A program made the position numbers and the translations under genes. From a virus (Duplodnaviria > Caudoviricetes), in IMG/VR virus record IMGVR_UViG_3300017553_000004, positions 1 through 48,281 of that record: 48,281 nt of DNA, one strand, 5' to 3'. How positions within the stretch are numbered: position 1 is the stretch's first letter; each line of letters opens with the position of its first letter. A model generated the notes under the pieces. That model did not search any database, was not told the origin of the DNA, and saw only the letters and a list, made by a program, of their open reading frames with translations. Shown here in pieces: positions 28,950 through 37,158 of this stretch.

Positions 28950-30674
28950 TCAAGTAGACAAAGCAATCTTTTGTTGATTCATTTTGCGCAAGCGCTTCAA
29001 CAAGCGGAACAGCGCGTCCTGTGCATCCCGCTTCTGCAGCAAGCAATCCAGCACCACCTCGTCGATGGTGCCCTGGGCGACCAGGTGGTGAACGTACACG
29101 ACCTTCTGCTGCCCTTGGCGCGCCAGGCGGCCTATCAGCTGCAGGTAGAGTTCGAGCGACCATGGCAGGTCGAAGAACACGACGTGACGACCACCATGCT
29201 GCAGATTGAGGCCGTGACCGGCGCTCTGCGGGTGAACGAGCAGCATCTTGATCTTGCCGCTGTTCCACTGCTTCACGACCTTGCCTTCACGATCCATTAC
29301 GACGGCTTCAGGAAACGCCTTCTGCAGCCGCTCCAGCGACGACTTGAAGTGATAGGCCACGAGGAGCGATTCGCCGCCAACCTCATCCTGGAGTTCCTGT
29401 AGGGCGTCGATCTTGTGATCGTGGACATGGTGCACCGTCTTGACCTTCTCGAACTCCTCGGTGATCGGATCCTGTACGAGCTGGGTATCGTAGAGAACCC
29501 CCGACGCCAGCTGCAGCAGCTTCGCCGAGAGCGCCGCAGCCGTCTCAGCCTCGATCTCGACACCGTTCAATTCCACGATGGAATCGCGCTCCATCGTCGA
29601 GTACAAGTCCTGCTCCCGCTCGGATAGCCTGACGTTCCGTACCAACATCACCGGCTTCTCCAAGGACAGGTAGTCCTCCGCCTTCATTGTCAGGCAGATG
29701 TCGGAGATCTTCGCCGCAATCGCCTCCTCCGCACCGGGCAGCAGCTTGTAGCTGTAGTCGTACTTGTTGTGCTTGAAGTAGGTTTCGGTGAATTCGGTAA
29801 AGCTCTTGCCAAGACGTTCACCACGGTCGAGCAAGTAGATCTGACCGAACAGGTGCAGGTAGGTCTCGGCAGCCGGTGTGGCGGTGAGTTGGTGCATGCG
29901 ACGCATGAAAGAGCGGACTTTCTTGAGAGCCTTCCAACGCTTGGTCCGGTGGTCCTTCAGGCTGCTCGATTCGTCGATGAAGACGGTGTCGTAAGGCCAA
30001 TCGCGCCCCCATGCCTCAACCAGGAACTCCACCTGCTCGCGATTGATGATGTAGATCGAAGCGGGGTTCCGCGCCTTCTGTTCCCTCACCGCTACAGCAG
30101 CGGCACGCCGCCGGCAGTCCTGGACGAACAGTTTCCGTTCCGCGGGACTAACCGGGGCCCCCATGGCGGCGTCGATGTGCTTGGCGCCGTAACGGCGGAT
30201 ATCGGGCCCTCCGTAGCCGAGTTTCTTGGCTTTCCGCCGCAACTCAAGCGTGCGGTGTCGCCGTATGAAGGCCTGGACATCGTCTGCATCAGTGCCTAAC
30301 CGCTTGAGCAGTTCCCGGGCCTCGGCGCCAGCCTCGTTCACCCGCTCAACCAGCTCCTCATCACGGATACGGTGGGCAGACAACGCAGCTGTGTGGCGCC
30401 ATTGCCCAATCTCGGTTGGCCAGGTCTCATTGGCCACTCGGAGCGGCGCGATGACCAGGGTGCAGTCCGTCTCGAACTCGCGCACCAGGTCGAGGATCGT
30501 GGTCAACGAGATAACGCTCTTCCCCAGGCCCAGGTCGACGAACAAGGCGCTGAACGGGTTGAGCTTGAGGAACTCGACGGCCTGCTCCTGGTAGACGTGC
30601 ATCGCGTCCCGGTCACGCAGGCAGCCGGTGAAGGCTGCCTGGATCCATGCGTCCCAGCTACCGGAGCAGTTCAT
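28950..30674 (-). CDS. SNF2-family helicase
   Basis: DLGLGKS, IDESS, LTATP, GHGLNLQ and GRLARQGQ motifs; start approximate. Confidence 0.93.
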   Translation of the reverse strand: MNCSGSWDAWIQAAFTGCLRDRDAMHVYQEQAVEFLKLNPFSALFVDLGLGKSVISLTTILDLVREFETDCTLVIAPLRVANETWPTEIGQWRHTAALSAHRIRDEELVERVNEAGAEARELLKRLGTDADDVQAFIRRHRTLELRRKAKKLGYGGPDIRRYGAKHIDAAMGAPVSPAERKLFVQDCRRRAAAVAVREQKARNPASIYIINREQVEFLVEAWGRDWPYDTVFIDESSSLKDHRTKRWKALKKVRSFMRRMHQLTATPAAETYLHLFGQIYLLDRGERLGKSFTEFTETYFKHNKYDYSYKLLPGAEEAIAAKISDICLTMKAEDYLSLEKPVMLVRNVRLSEREQDLYSTMERDSIVELNGVEIEAETAAALSAKLLQLASGVLYDTQLVQDPITEEFEKVKTVHHVHDHKIDALQELQDEVGGESLLVAYHFKSSLERLQKAFPEAVVMDREGKVVKQWNSGKIKMLLVHPQSAGHGLNLQHGGRHVVFFDLPWSLELYLQLIGRLARQGQQKVVYVHHLVAQGTIDEVVLDCLLQKRDAQDALFRLLKRLRKMNQQKIALST

Positions 30675-30924
30675 AGGCCAGTTCCAGGTTGTCACAGACA
30701 TGGACAGGAATACCGTGCTTGCGGATCTCGCGATGCCGCTTGCACTGCTGCAGTGTGGGCTCCTCGCCGGGACGCTTGAACTCGATGTACATCGTGTAGC
30801 CGCGGCGATGGAAGATCCGATCGGGCATGGCTTTTTTGTTCGAGCTGGCGATCTTCGCTTCGAACCATCCGCGGCGTTCGGCGTACTCGCATGCTGGCCG
30901 CTCGATCTCGATTTCGCGGGTCAC
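30658..30924 (-). CDS. VRR-NUC nuclease
   Basis: E..IE...MPDRIF...YIEFKRPG..PT.QQ; GTGA overlap with the methyltransferase stop. Confidence 0.9.
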   Translation of the reverse strand: MTREIEIERPACEYAERRGWFEAKIASSNKKAMPDRIFHRRGYTMYIEFKRPGEEPTLQQCKRHREIRKHGIPVHVCDNLELAYELLR

Positions 30925-32273
30925 AGGTCGTTCTCCCAAGGATGCTGCAACGCCCACTCGATTCGCCTAGCGATCCAGCGCACCACCGGAACGGCCTTCG
31001 AGTTCCCAATGGCTTTGTAACGCGGACCATCGGGGCATTCTTCGGCTGGCTTACCGCGCCAGGGGATCATCGTGTAGTCGTCGGGAAACCCTTGCAGTCG
31101 CTCGCACTCACGCGGGGTGAGACGTCGCACAGCCGATGTCACTACAAGACTGTCAGCCTGGGTTAACGGGTTGCTGTGGCTGCGAAAGTTCCCGGACCGC
31201 AGCGTTGGCGCCACATCGCTTGCGAAGGTACAAGGTGGCTGCCTTGACGCCGTCAGTGTATGGCACAGACCAAGAGCGGGCTGGCTGCGGTTGGCCGCGC
31301 TGGTGATTTGATTCGGATCGAAGACCGCGTTCTCTTGACCACTGTTTCTGCCGAGTGCATGGGCACACCCCCGAGCAACAATTGGGTCTTGTGTGCCATG
31401 AACGACGAAGGTTTCGGATTCGAAGTCGAGTCGACCACTGGCACTGGCACTGGCACTGGCATTACGTGCTGTAGCCACATCAATCGGGCCGCTCTGGTTG
31501 TTTCCGCCAAAAGCGACAAGGTGGCTATGCCCGTGGTTCAGGTCCTGTCCGCTGCATCCGCGGAGCCGACCAAAGCTCGCATCAAGAGTGCTGGTAACAC
31601 CTTGCCCCTCGCTTCGGCGCGGCGGACGATCCCGACGCACGCCTTCTCGCTCAAAAAGTACCTGTGCGGGATGGAACCCTGTTCGAGCACTTGCGACAAC
31701 GAACAAACGACGGCGTCGTTGGGCCACTCCGAAGTATTGGGCATCAAGGACTCGCCAGGCGATTGCCCTTTTTGGTCCATAGACACAACCAGACTTTGGC
31801 CATCGCTTCCCTGGCGGCTGCAGTTCGCAACCTGCTCCGGAAAGCGAACCGAGAAAGCATCCAAATGCGTTGTCTCTGCTGCTGAGCACGCCGGGAACGT
31901 TTTCCCACACGTCAATTGTTGGGGGGGCATTGTTCTCACTTCTCACTTGGTCGACATCGTCGATCAACTTCACGTACTCAAGAGTCAGCTGCCCTCGCTC
32001 ATCTGCCAGCCCCTCCCGAGTACCCGCAACAGAATATGACTGGCATGGCGTGCCGGCGATCAGCACATCCGGCGCAGCCTCGTCGCCGATTCGAACCTGA
32101 GCACCGACGTGCGTCATGTCCCCCAGGTTCGGCACATCCGGGTAGCGGTATGCCAGCACGGCACAGGGAAACGGTTCGATCTCTGCGAACCAGACCGCCT
32201 TCCAACCGAGCGGTTCTACCGCTACCGACGCCGATTCAATTCCGCTACACAGGGTTCCGTAGGTAAGATCCAT
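30921..32273 (-). CDS. DNA cytosine-5 methyltransferase
   Basis: LCSGI, GTPCQ, WENVPG, QRRRR, LTPRECERLQGFP and AIGNS motifs. Confidence 0.95.
   Translation of the reverse strand: MDLTYGTLCSGIESASVAVEPLGWKAVWFAEIEPFPCAVLAYRYPDVPNLGDMTHVGAQVRIGDEAAPDVLIAGTPCQSYSVAGTREGLADERGQLTLEYVKLIDDVDQVRSENNAPPTIDVWENVPGVLSSRDNAFGCFLGSLSGAGCELQPPGKRWPKSGCVYGPKRAIAWRVLDAQYFGVAQRRRRLFVVASARTGFHPAQVLFEREGVRRDRPPRRSEGQGVTSTLDASFGRLRGCSGQDLNHGHSHLVAFGGNNQSGPIDVATARNASASASASGRLDFESETFVVHGTQDPIVARGCAHALGRNSGQENAVFDPNQITSAANRSQPALGLCHTLTASRQPPCTFASDVAPTLRSGNFRSHSNPLTQADSLVVTSAVRRLTPRECERLQGFPDDYTMIPWRGKPAEECPDGPRYKAIGNSKAVPVVRWIARRIEWALQHPWENDL
31436..31461. repeat. (CACTGG)4 in-frame hexamer repeat encoding an (AS)n run
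   Basis: Read directly; lies in the methyltransferase variable region. Confidence 0.9.
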
Positions 32274-32275
32274 GG

Positions 32276-34327
32276 TCAGTCCTTCATGTAGAACGGGCCA
32301 CACCACCCCGCGGCGCCGAGGGGGAGATCGGGGCACCAGGCGAGTTGGCGAGTCATGCAGGTCTTGAGCAATTCGAGGGTGTGAACCTGGTCATCCAGGT
32401 GCTCCTGAGTGATGATCTCGTCGTGCACGTGTCCGACGATGTAGAAGCCCGCTCGGTGTGCGGCCAGCAGCCCCTCTTTGAGGATGTCCCTGGCGATGGC
32501 CTGGACGAAGTTCTCCACCAGCTTTCCGCCGTGGCTGGTGATGCGAACCCACTTGTTGGTGCCCTGCGGTTGGGCCATGTAGCTGAAGTTCTTCTTCGGC
32601 TCGCCGCCCCACGGCGGAACCCGCATCACGATCTTCGGCTTGAAGTAACGCATGGGACGGCCCGACGGCAGCCATACCGTCAGGTACGGGCCGTCCTTCT
32701 CGAAGCGGAGCACACCGCACTTCTGCGGTGCCCCCGTGCGCAGGCATTGCTCGACAGCTCGCTCCAACGCGAACCACAGCTTCGGGATCTCGTGGTATGT
32801 ACTGCGGAAGAGTTGCGTCGCCTCGTGCGACTGCTCACGGGTGAGATCGACGCCCATGTTCTCGGCGTATCCCCACAACCCGGTGCGCTTGCCCTCCTTC
32901 ATGTCACCGCCGCCCAGGCGATAGCCGGAACCAAGCACCGCTGGCTTGCTGTCACCCCGCTCCTTCTTGGTGACCTCGTCGTAGGGCTTGCTGAAGAGCA
33001 CCGTGGCGAAGTCCTTGTAGGGATCCTTGCCGCTACGGATGACTTCGAGCAGACGCACGCAACCTGCCAGCCAGGCGATCACGCAGGTCTCGATGGACGA
33101 CAAGTCGCATACCCGCAGCTCGTATCCTTCCGGTGCGCGAATTGCCGAGCGAATGCAGCCGGCCAGTGCCTCCATGGGCTCGCCGATCATCATGCCCAAG
33201 CCATCGTAGTCGCCCTGGCGGATCAGCTCCGTGGTGAACGCCAGCTTGTGGAGGTCGCCGCCATCAGGCTCGATTGCCTTGGGCGTGCGCGTGAGGTTCT
33301 GCGGCTGAAAGCGGCGGCCTGACCACCGGTTCGTGCGGCTAGCGCCGCCGAACTGGAACGTGAAGCGCATCCGCGACTTCGGACCTGCGGCCGTCTTCAG
33401 CGCCGTGTATTTCGCAGTGCTGGTGCGGCTCGCGTTCTGCCGAAGTCGGAGACATGCAACGGCCTCTTGGTCCAAGAACTGGCCATCCGTTTCATCGTCT
33501 GCAGCTGCTGCGTTCTCCCGCAGCACCTTCTTCACGGTGTCCTTGCCCAAGTCGCCGAATGGGTATCCACGGTCCTGAAGCCAGGGGAGCAATTGCGCAG
33601 GCGAGTTCGGATTGCGCAGGCCGGTGAGTGTCGCCATTTCATCAAGCAGCTCGGCTTTCCGTCTGGCGGCCATCCAAATGGCGTGCTCAACGAAGTCAAG
33701 GTCAACAGGCAAGCCTCGGTCATTGATGAGCTGATCCAGCTCGTACAGGTCCCACTCGGAATCCAAGCCGGCGAAGGGCATCAGGGTGTCGTCGATCGCC
33801 CCCTCGGTGACCACGTCCTGGCAGTTGTACGTGCCGAACAACGCCCAGTCGTCCGGATCTGTCTCCCAACTGCGCCAGCGATGCGGTTGGTTCTTTGTCA
33901 CCTTCTGCGGCATGGAGAAGCGCTTGATCAGCCGATCGCCCTCCTTCATTTTCAGCAGGTGTTCTGGCAATCCCATCTGCTGGCCAATGTCGCCCAAGCC
34001 GCCAACGAACGAGTGCGCGTAGGCGAGTGCCATGGTGCATCGCCACCCCCTGTAGGGCACTTTGAGCCGCAACACCCGCCTGGCGATGACGCGTTCGAAC
34101 TGCGCGTTGAACGCCTTCTTGACGACGTGCGGATCCTCCAGCGCCTCAGCCAGTTCGGAAGGGATTCGATCTGTGTCCGCGGTATCCCAATGCCGTACCG
34201 TCTCGTCGTCGAACTGGTAGGCACCCATCAGCACCCTGGTGGACGGATGTGCGGAATACACGTCGAGGCCGCATTTCTTTAGGTCGACCTCGCTGGCGGT
34301 TTCCCAGTCCAGGCGTAGAACAGTCAT
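32276..34327 (-). CDS. DNA polymerase, family A
   Basis: LDWET exonuclease motif, DLSSIE, K...L...Y and HVHDEI motifs. Confidence 0.95.
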   Translation of the reverse strand: MTVLRLDWETASEVDLKKCGLDVYSAHPSTRVLMGAYQFDDETVRHWDTADTDRIPSELAEALEDPHVVKKAFNAQFERVIARRVLRLKVPYRGWRCTMALAYAHSFVGGLGDIGQQMGLPEHLLKMKEGDRLIKRFSMPQKVTKNQPHRWRSWETDPDDWALFGTYNCQDVVTEGAIDDTLMPFAGLDSEWDLYELDQLINDRGLPVDLDFVEHAIWMAARRKAELLDEMATLTGLRNPNSPAQLLPWLQDRGYPFGDLGKDTVKKVLRENAAAADDETDGQFLDQEAVACLRLRQNASRTSTAKYTALKTAAGPKSRMRFTFQFGGASRTNRWSGRRFQPQNLTRTPKAIEPDGGDLHKLAFTTELIRQGDYDGLGMMIGEPMEALAGCIRSAIRAPEGYELRVCDLSSIETCVIAWLAGCVRLLEVIRSGKDPYKDFATVLFSKPYDEVTKKERGDSKPAVLGSGYRLGGGDMKEGKRTGLWGYAENMGVDLTREQSHEATQLFRSTYHEIPKLWFALERAVEQCLRTGAPQKCGVLRFEKDGPYLTVWLPSGRPMRYFKPKIVMRVPPWGGEPKKNFSYMAQPQGTNKWVRITSHGGKLVENFVQAIARDILKEGLLAAHRAGFYIVGHVHDEIITQEHLDDQVHTLELLKTCMTRQLAWCPDLPLGAAGWCGPFYMKD

Positions 34328-34341
34328 ACGGAGCCCCGATG

Positions 34342-34364
34342 AAAAGGCCGGCGAGCGCCGGCCT
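34342..34364 (-). terminator. Intrinsic terminator-like hairpin after the SSB gene
   Basis: AGGCCGGC-GCTC-GCCGGCCT followed by TTT on the minus strand. Confidence 0.6.
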
Positions 34365-34383
34365 GGTGGTCTACAACCGACGG

Positions 34384-35004
34384 TCAGAGATCGTCATCGC
34401 TTTCGCCGAAGTCGTAACCTTCATCGGCGTCATCATCGAGTTCGTCCCACACGTCTTCATCGTCGATCGGGCCCTCGCCGAAGCGTTCGCCATCACGAAC
34501 AAACTGCACGGCGATGAGGTTCGCGTTGATCTTCTTGCCGTGCTGGTTGTTCTGCGCCCAGGGGCGCAGCAGAATGTTCACCCAGCAGCCGGGGTAGATG
34601 GCCTCGGCCACCTCGTCAGGGGTGAGCTGAGTGCCCTTGCGGTTGCGGCAGGAGGGGCGACGGTCGGCGTTCTCGCTGGCCTTGATCACCCACATGCCCT
34701 CGCATTCGTCTTTGCCGGCGTTGTCACCATCGCGGACGAACTTGTGCTCGGCAGCCAGCTTGCCGATCTTGCTGGAAGTCAACAATTTGTTGATTTCTTC
34801 GACGAGCAGCTTCTTCGCTTCCTCGTGCGTTTCCTTCGGGGCCAGGCCCGTGATGCTGAACTTCGCCCGATCCGATTCGTTCTTGGCCCACGCCTTGTCC
34901 AGGTGCGGGTAGGAAGCGCGGACACCATCGATGCGAATGCAGCCGTCGGAGTAGAGGACGGCGTTTTTGACTTTCTTGACGATTTCACGAGCCATGCGGT
35001 TCAC
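34384..35004 (-). CDS. DUF2815-family ssDNA-binding protein
   Basis: VRASYPHL, IYPGCWVN, AVQFVRDGERFG; acidic tail. Confidence 0.9.
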   Translation of the reverse strand: MNRMAREIVKKVKNAVLYSDGCIRIDGVRASYPHLDKAWAKNESDRAKFSITGLAPKETHEEAKKLLVEEINKLLTSSKIGKLAAEHKFVRDGDNAGKDECEGMWVIKASENADRRPSCRNRKGTQLTPDEVAEAIYPGCWVNILLRPWAQNNQHGKKINANLIAVQFVRDGERFGEGPIDDEDVWDELDDDADEGYDFGESDDDL

Positions 35005-35024
35005 CTTTTCACTGAGTCGTCGAG

Positions 35025-36335
35025 CTACAGATCGTCGTCCGCGTCGAGGTCATCGAACACGTCGTCGACGTTGGTTGAAAGCTCCGGCCGCTTGTCGTGG
35101 GCCGGGGCCATGACGGGCTTACCCCGCGGCTTCACCGCCAGGTCGCCCAATAGGGCTGGGAGCTGAGCGCGTTTGTAGCCGCCCTTCTTCACCAGAATTT
35201 CTTCGGCCTGCGCAGGGGTGCAGACCTTATGTTCAACAAACTCCCCCTCGGGCACTCCCGTGAGCATTTCCAGGGTGCTCGGCACATTGGTGGCGTTGGG
35301 GAAGATGCGATTGGATCGGCCTTCCACGAGCTTGAATCCCGGCACCACGCCGCCTGCCTGAAGAATCTTCTCCAGGTCGTCCTCAATGCTCTTCAGCCAG
35401 TTCTCGATGCCACGGCGGGACCGAATGATCCGGGCCCGTTGCGCAACGGTGAGTTCTCTCGGCGGTTTCATGTGGAAAACCTCGGTCTCGAACTCGTCGT
35501 CCAGGCGATCAACCAGGCGAATCACGTCTTCATCGGTGACGGTGTCGTCCAGGTCGTCGAAGACGCCGTCGAGCATCTTCTCGACGTAGGCCGCCCTGGC
35601 GGCGCAATTGCGGCGAACCTTGCACCACTGGCATTGCTTCTCGCCGGGGGTTCGCGGGGCGTCTGGCTGCCAGGCTGCATGCGCCCGCTCCTTCGCGAAC
35701 TCCGCGAACTGCAGTAGCTCATCACGCGTGATCTCCCACACGTCGAAGTGCTCCAGCCTGGGCTGAGCGATGCGAATTACGATGCGCTGAAAGTCGTATT
35801 CCCAATCCCACCGGAAGAACGCACCAAGGGCGTAAAGTCGAGCCTGCGTATTGCCAGTGGCGAAGACCTGCACCCCTTTCCCCATCTTGAGGTCTGTGAT
35901 GGTCAGCACACCCGGCTCCAACGCGATGTGGTCAGCAGTCCCACCCTGGTCGGGGATCGGCGTGAGGCAGGAGAAATCGACTCGTTGCTCCACGAGCAGG
36001 GAGCCCGGCAGGTAGGCGCACCAATCGATGTACTCCTGGACGAAGTCCAGCATCACTTCATCGATCTCGATCTCGAACTTTGCATGGCCCTCGTCGACAA
36101 CCTCGACCTCACCGACCAGGTCGGACGGGCGCAACCCCGTCTTCAACCAGCGCTCGGCGACGCCGTGTGCCACGGTGCCATAGGCAGCATCTTCGCCAGC
36201 GTCATCGTCGGCCAGAAGACTCGGTAGCAAGCTGCCCGAGCAGTACAACCAGGTCGACGAGTAGGAAGGGGCGAACACAGAGTGCCCGCCCAGCTTCCGC
36301 TGAATGGCGTCGAGATCGAATCCGTGATCGGCCAT
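35025..36335 (-). CDS. DUF2800-family Cas4/RecB-like nuclease
   Basis: GTVAH, GGTAD...DLKMGKG, QARLYALG and CQWC motifs. Confidence 0.9.
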   Translation of the reverse strand: MADHGFDLDAIQRKLGGHSVFAPSYSSTWLYCSGSLLPSLLADDDAGEDAAYGTVAHGVAERWLKTGLRPSDLVGEVEVVDEGHAKFEIEIDEVMLDFVQEYIDWCAYLPGSLLVEQRVDFSCLTPIPDQGGTADHIALEPGVLTITDLKMGKGVQVFATGNTQARLYALGAFFRWDWEYDFQRIVIRIAQPRLEHFDVWEITRDELLQFAEFAKERAHAAWQPDAPRTPGEKQCQWCKVRRNCAARAAYVEKMLDGVFDDLDDTVTDEDVIRLVDRLDDEFETEVFHMKPPRELTVAQRARIIRSRRGIENWLKSIEDDLEKILQAGGVVPGFKLVEGRSNRIFPNATNVPSTLEMLTGVPEGEFVEHKVCTPAQAEEILVKKGGYKRAQLPALLGDLAVKPRGKPVMAPAHDKRPELSTNVDDVFDDLDADDDL

Positions 36336-36344
36336 GGTGTCGCC

Positions 36345-36728
36345 TTACAGGTCTTCGCCCTGTTCGGCTTCGGCCTTCAGCTCTTCCAGGCGAGCGACCG
36401 CGGCATCGTAGATACCGTCGAAATCTTTCTCCTGGATGTCCGCCATCTTGGCGTAGCCGAAGTTCTTGTAGACGGCGACGGCTTCTTCCTTGCTGCTCTG
36501 GTCTTTCAGGGTGATCAGGGCCTTGTCGACTTCGGCACGATCGTGTTTCGGTTTGGCCGGAGCGGCAGGCTTGTCCTTGGCGCCGCTCTTGCTGGCTTTA
36601 TCAGCAGCGGCGGTGCCAGTCGAAGCGCCGGGTTTGCTACCCTTGACGTGCATCTCGATGGCTTCCAGCGAGTTCGCGATGCGGGAAACGTGCTTGATCA
36701 GGTCCGAGCCGAAGGTATTGAGGTCCAT
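36345..36728 (-). CDS. Conserved small replication-region protein
   Basis: 127 aa with GGAG RBS; synteny ahead of the DUF2800-like gene. Confidence 0.8.
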   Translation of the reverse strand: MDLNTFGSDLIKHVSRIANSLEAIEMHVKGSKPGASTGTAAADKASKSGAKDKPAAPAKPKHDRAEVDKALITLKDQSSKEEAVAVYKNFGYAKMADIQEKDFDGIYDAAVARLEELKAEAEQGEDL

Positions 36729-36772
36729 GGGTATCTCCAGGGGGCTGTGAATGCCGGAATCCGGCGGTAAAA

Positions 36773-36872
36773 ATCAACTTTCAATTCATTGAATCAACAT
36801 TTTGTACTGGCAGTCAACACGATTTTGCCGCAGAATCCAAAAATCATCCGTACCAACCAACAAAAGGTTGAT
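36773..36872. promoter_or_regulatory. Divergent control region with at least three operator copies
   Basis: ATCAACTTTCAATTCAT (36773), ATCAACATTTTGTACTG (36793), ACCAACAAAAGGTTGAT (36856). Confidence 0.75.
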
Positions 36873-36875
36873 TTT

Positions 36876-37145
36876 ATGCAGCTCCCCATCTGGATCAATG
36901 ACCCCACGCTCAGCGACGAAGAGAAGCGCCAGCGCCTGCTCGGGTTCCGGGTGCGCATGGCAGCGCTCTATCACAACCCGAAAGGCGCAGTTAATGAGCT
37001 GAGCATGGCTGTCGGCCTGCACGCGAAGCAGCTCTATATCGAGATCGAGCGCGGGCAGATGTCACGTCGGACGGAGCTGGCCATCCGAGGCCTTGTAGGC
37101 CCGGAGGCGTTCCCCGAGGAGCAGGCCCTCCTGTCCAACCAGTAG
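36876..37145 (+). CDS. Small Cro-like/HTH regulator upstream of the primase
   Basis: 89 aa starting MQLPIW; HTH-like segment; no obvious RBS and an operator abuts the ATG. Confidence 0.7.
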   Translation: MQLPIWINDPTLSDEEKRQRLLGFRVRMAALYHNPKGAVNELSMAVGLHAKQLYIEIERGQMSRRTELAIRGLVGPEAFPEEQALLSNQ

Positions 37146-37158
37146 ATGTGAGGTTGCA

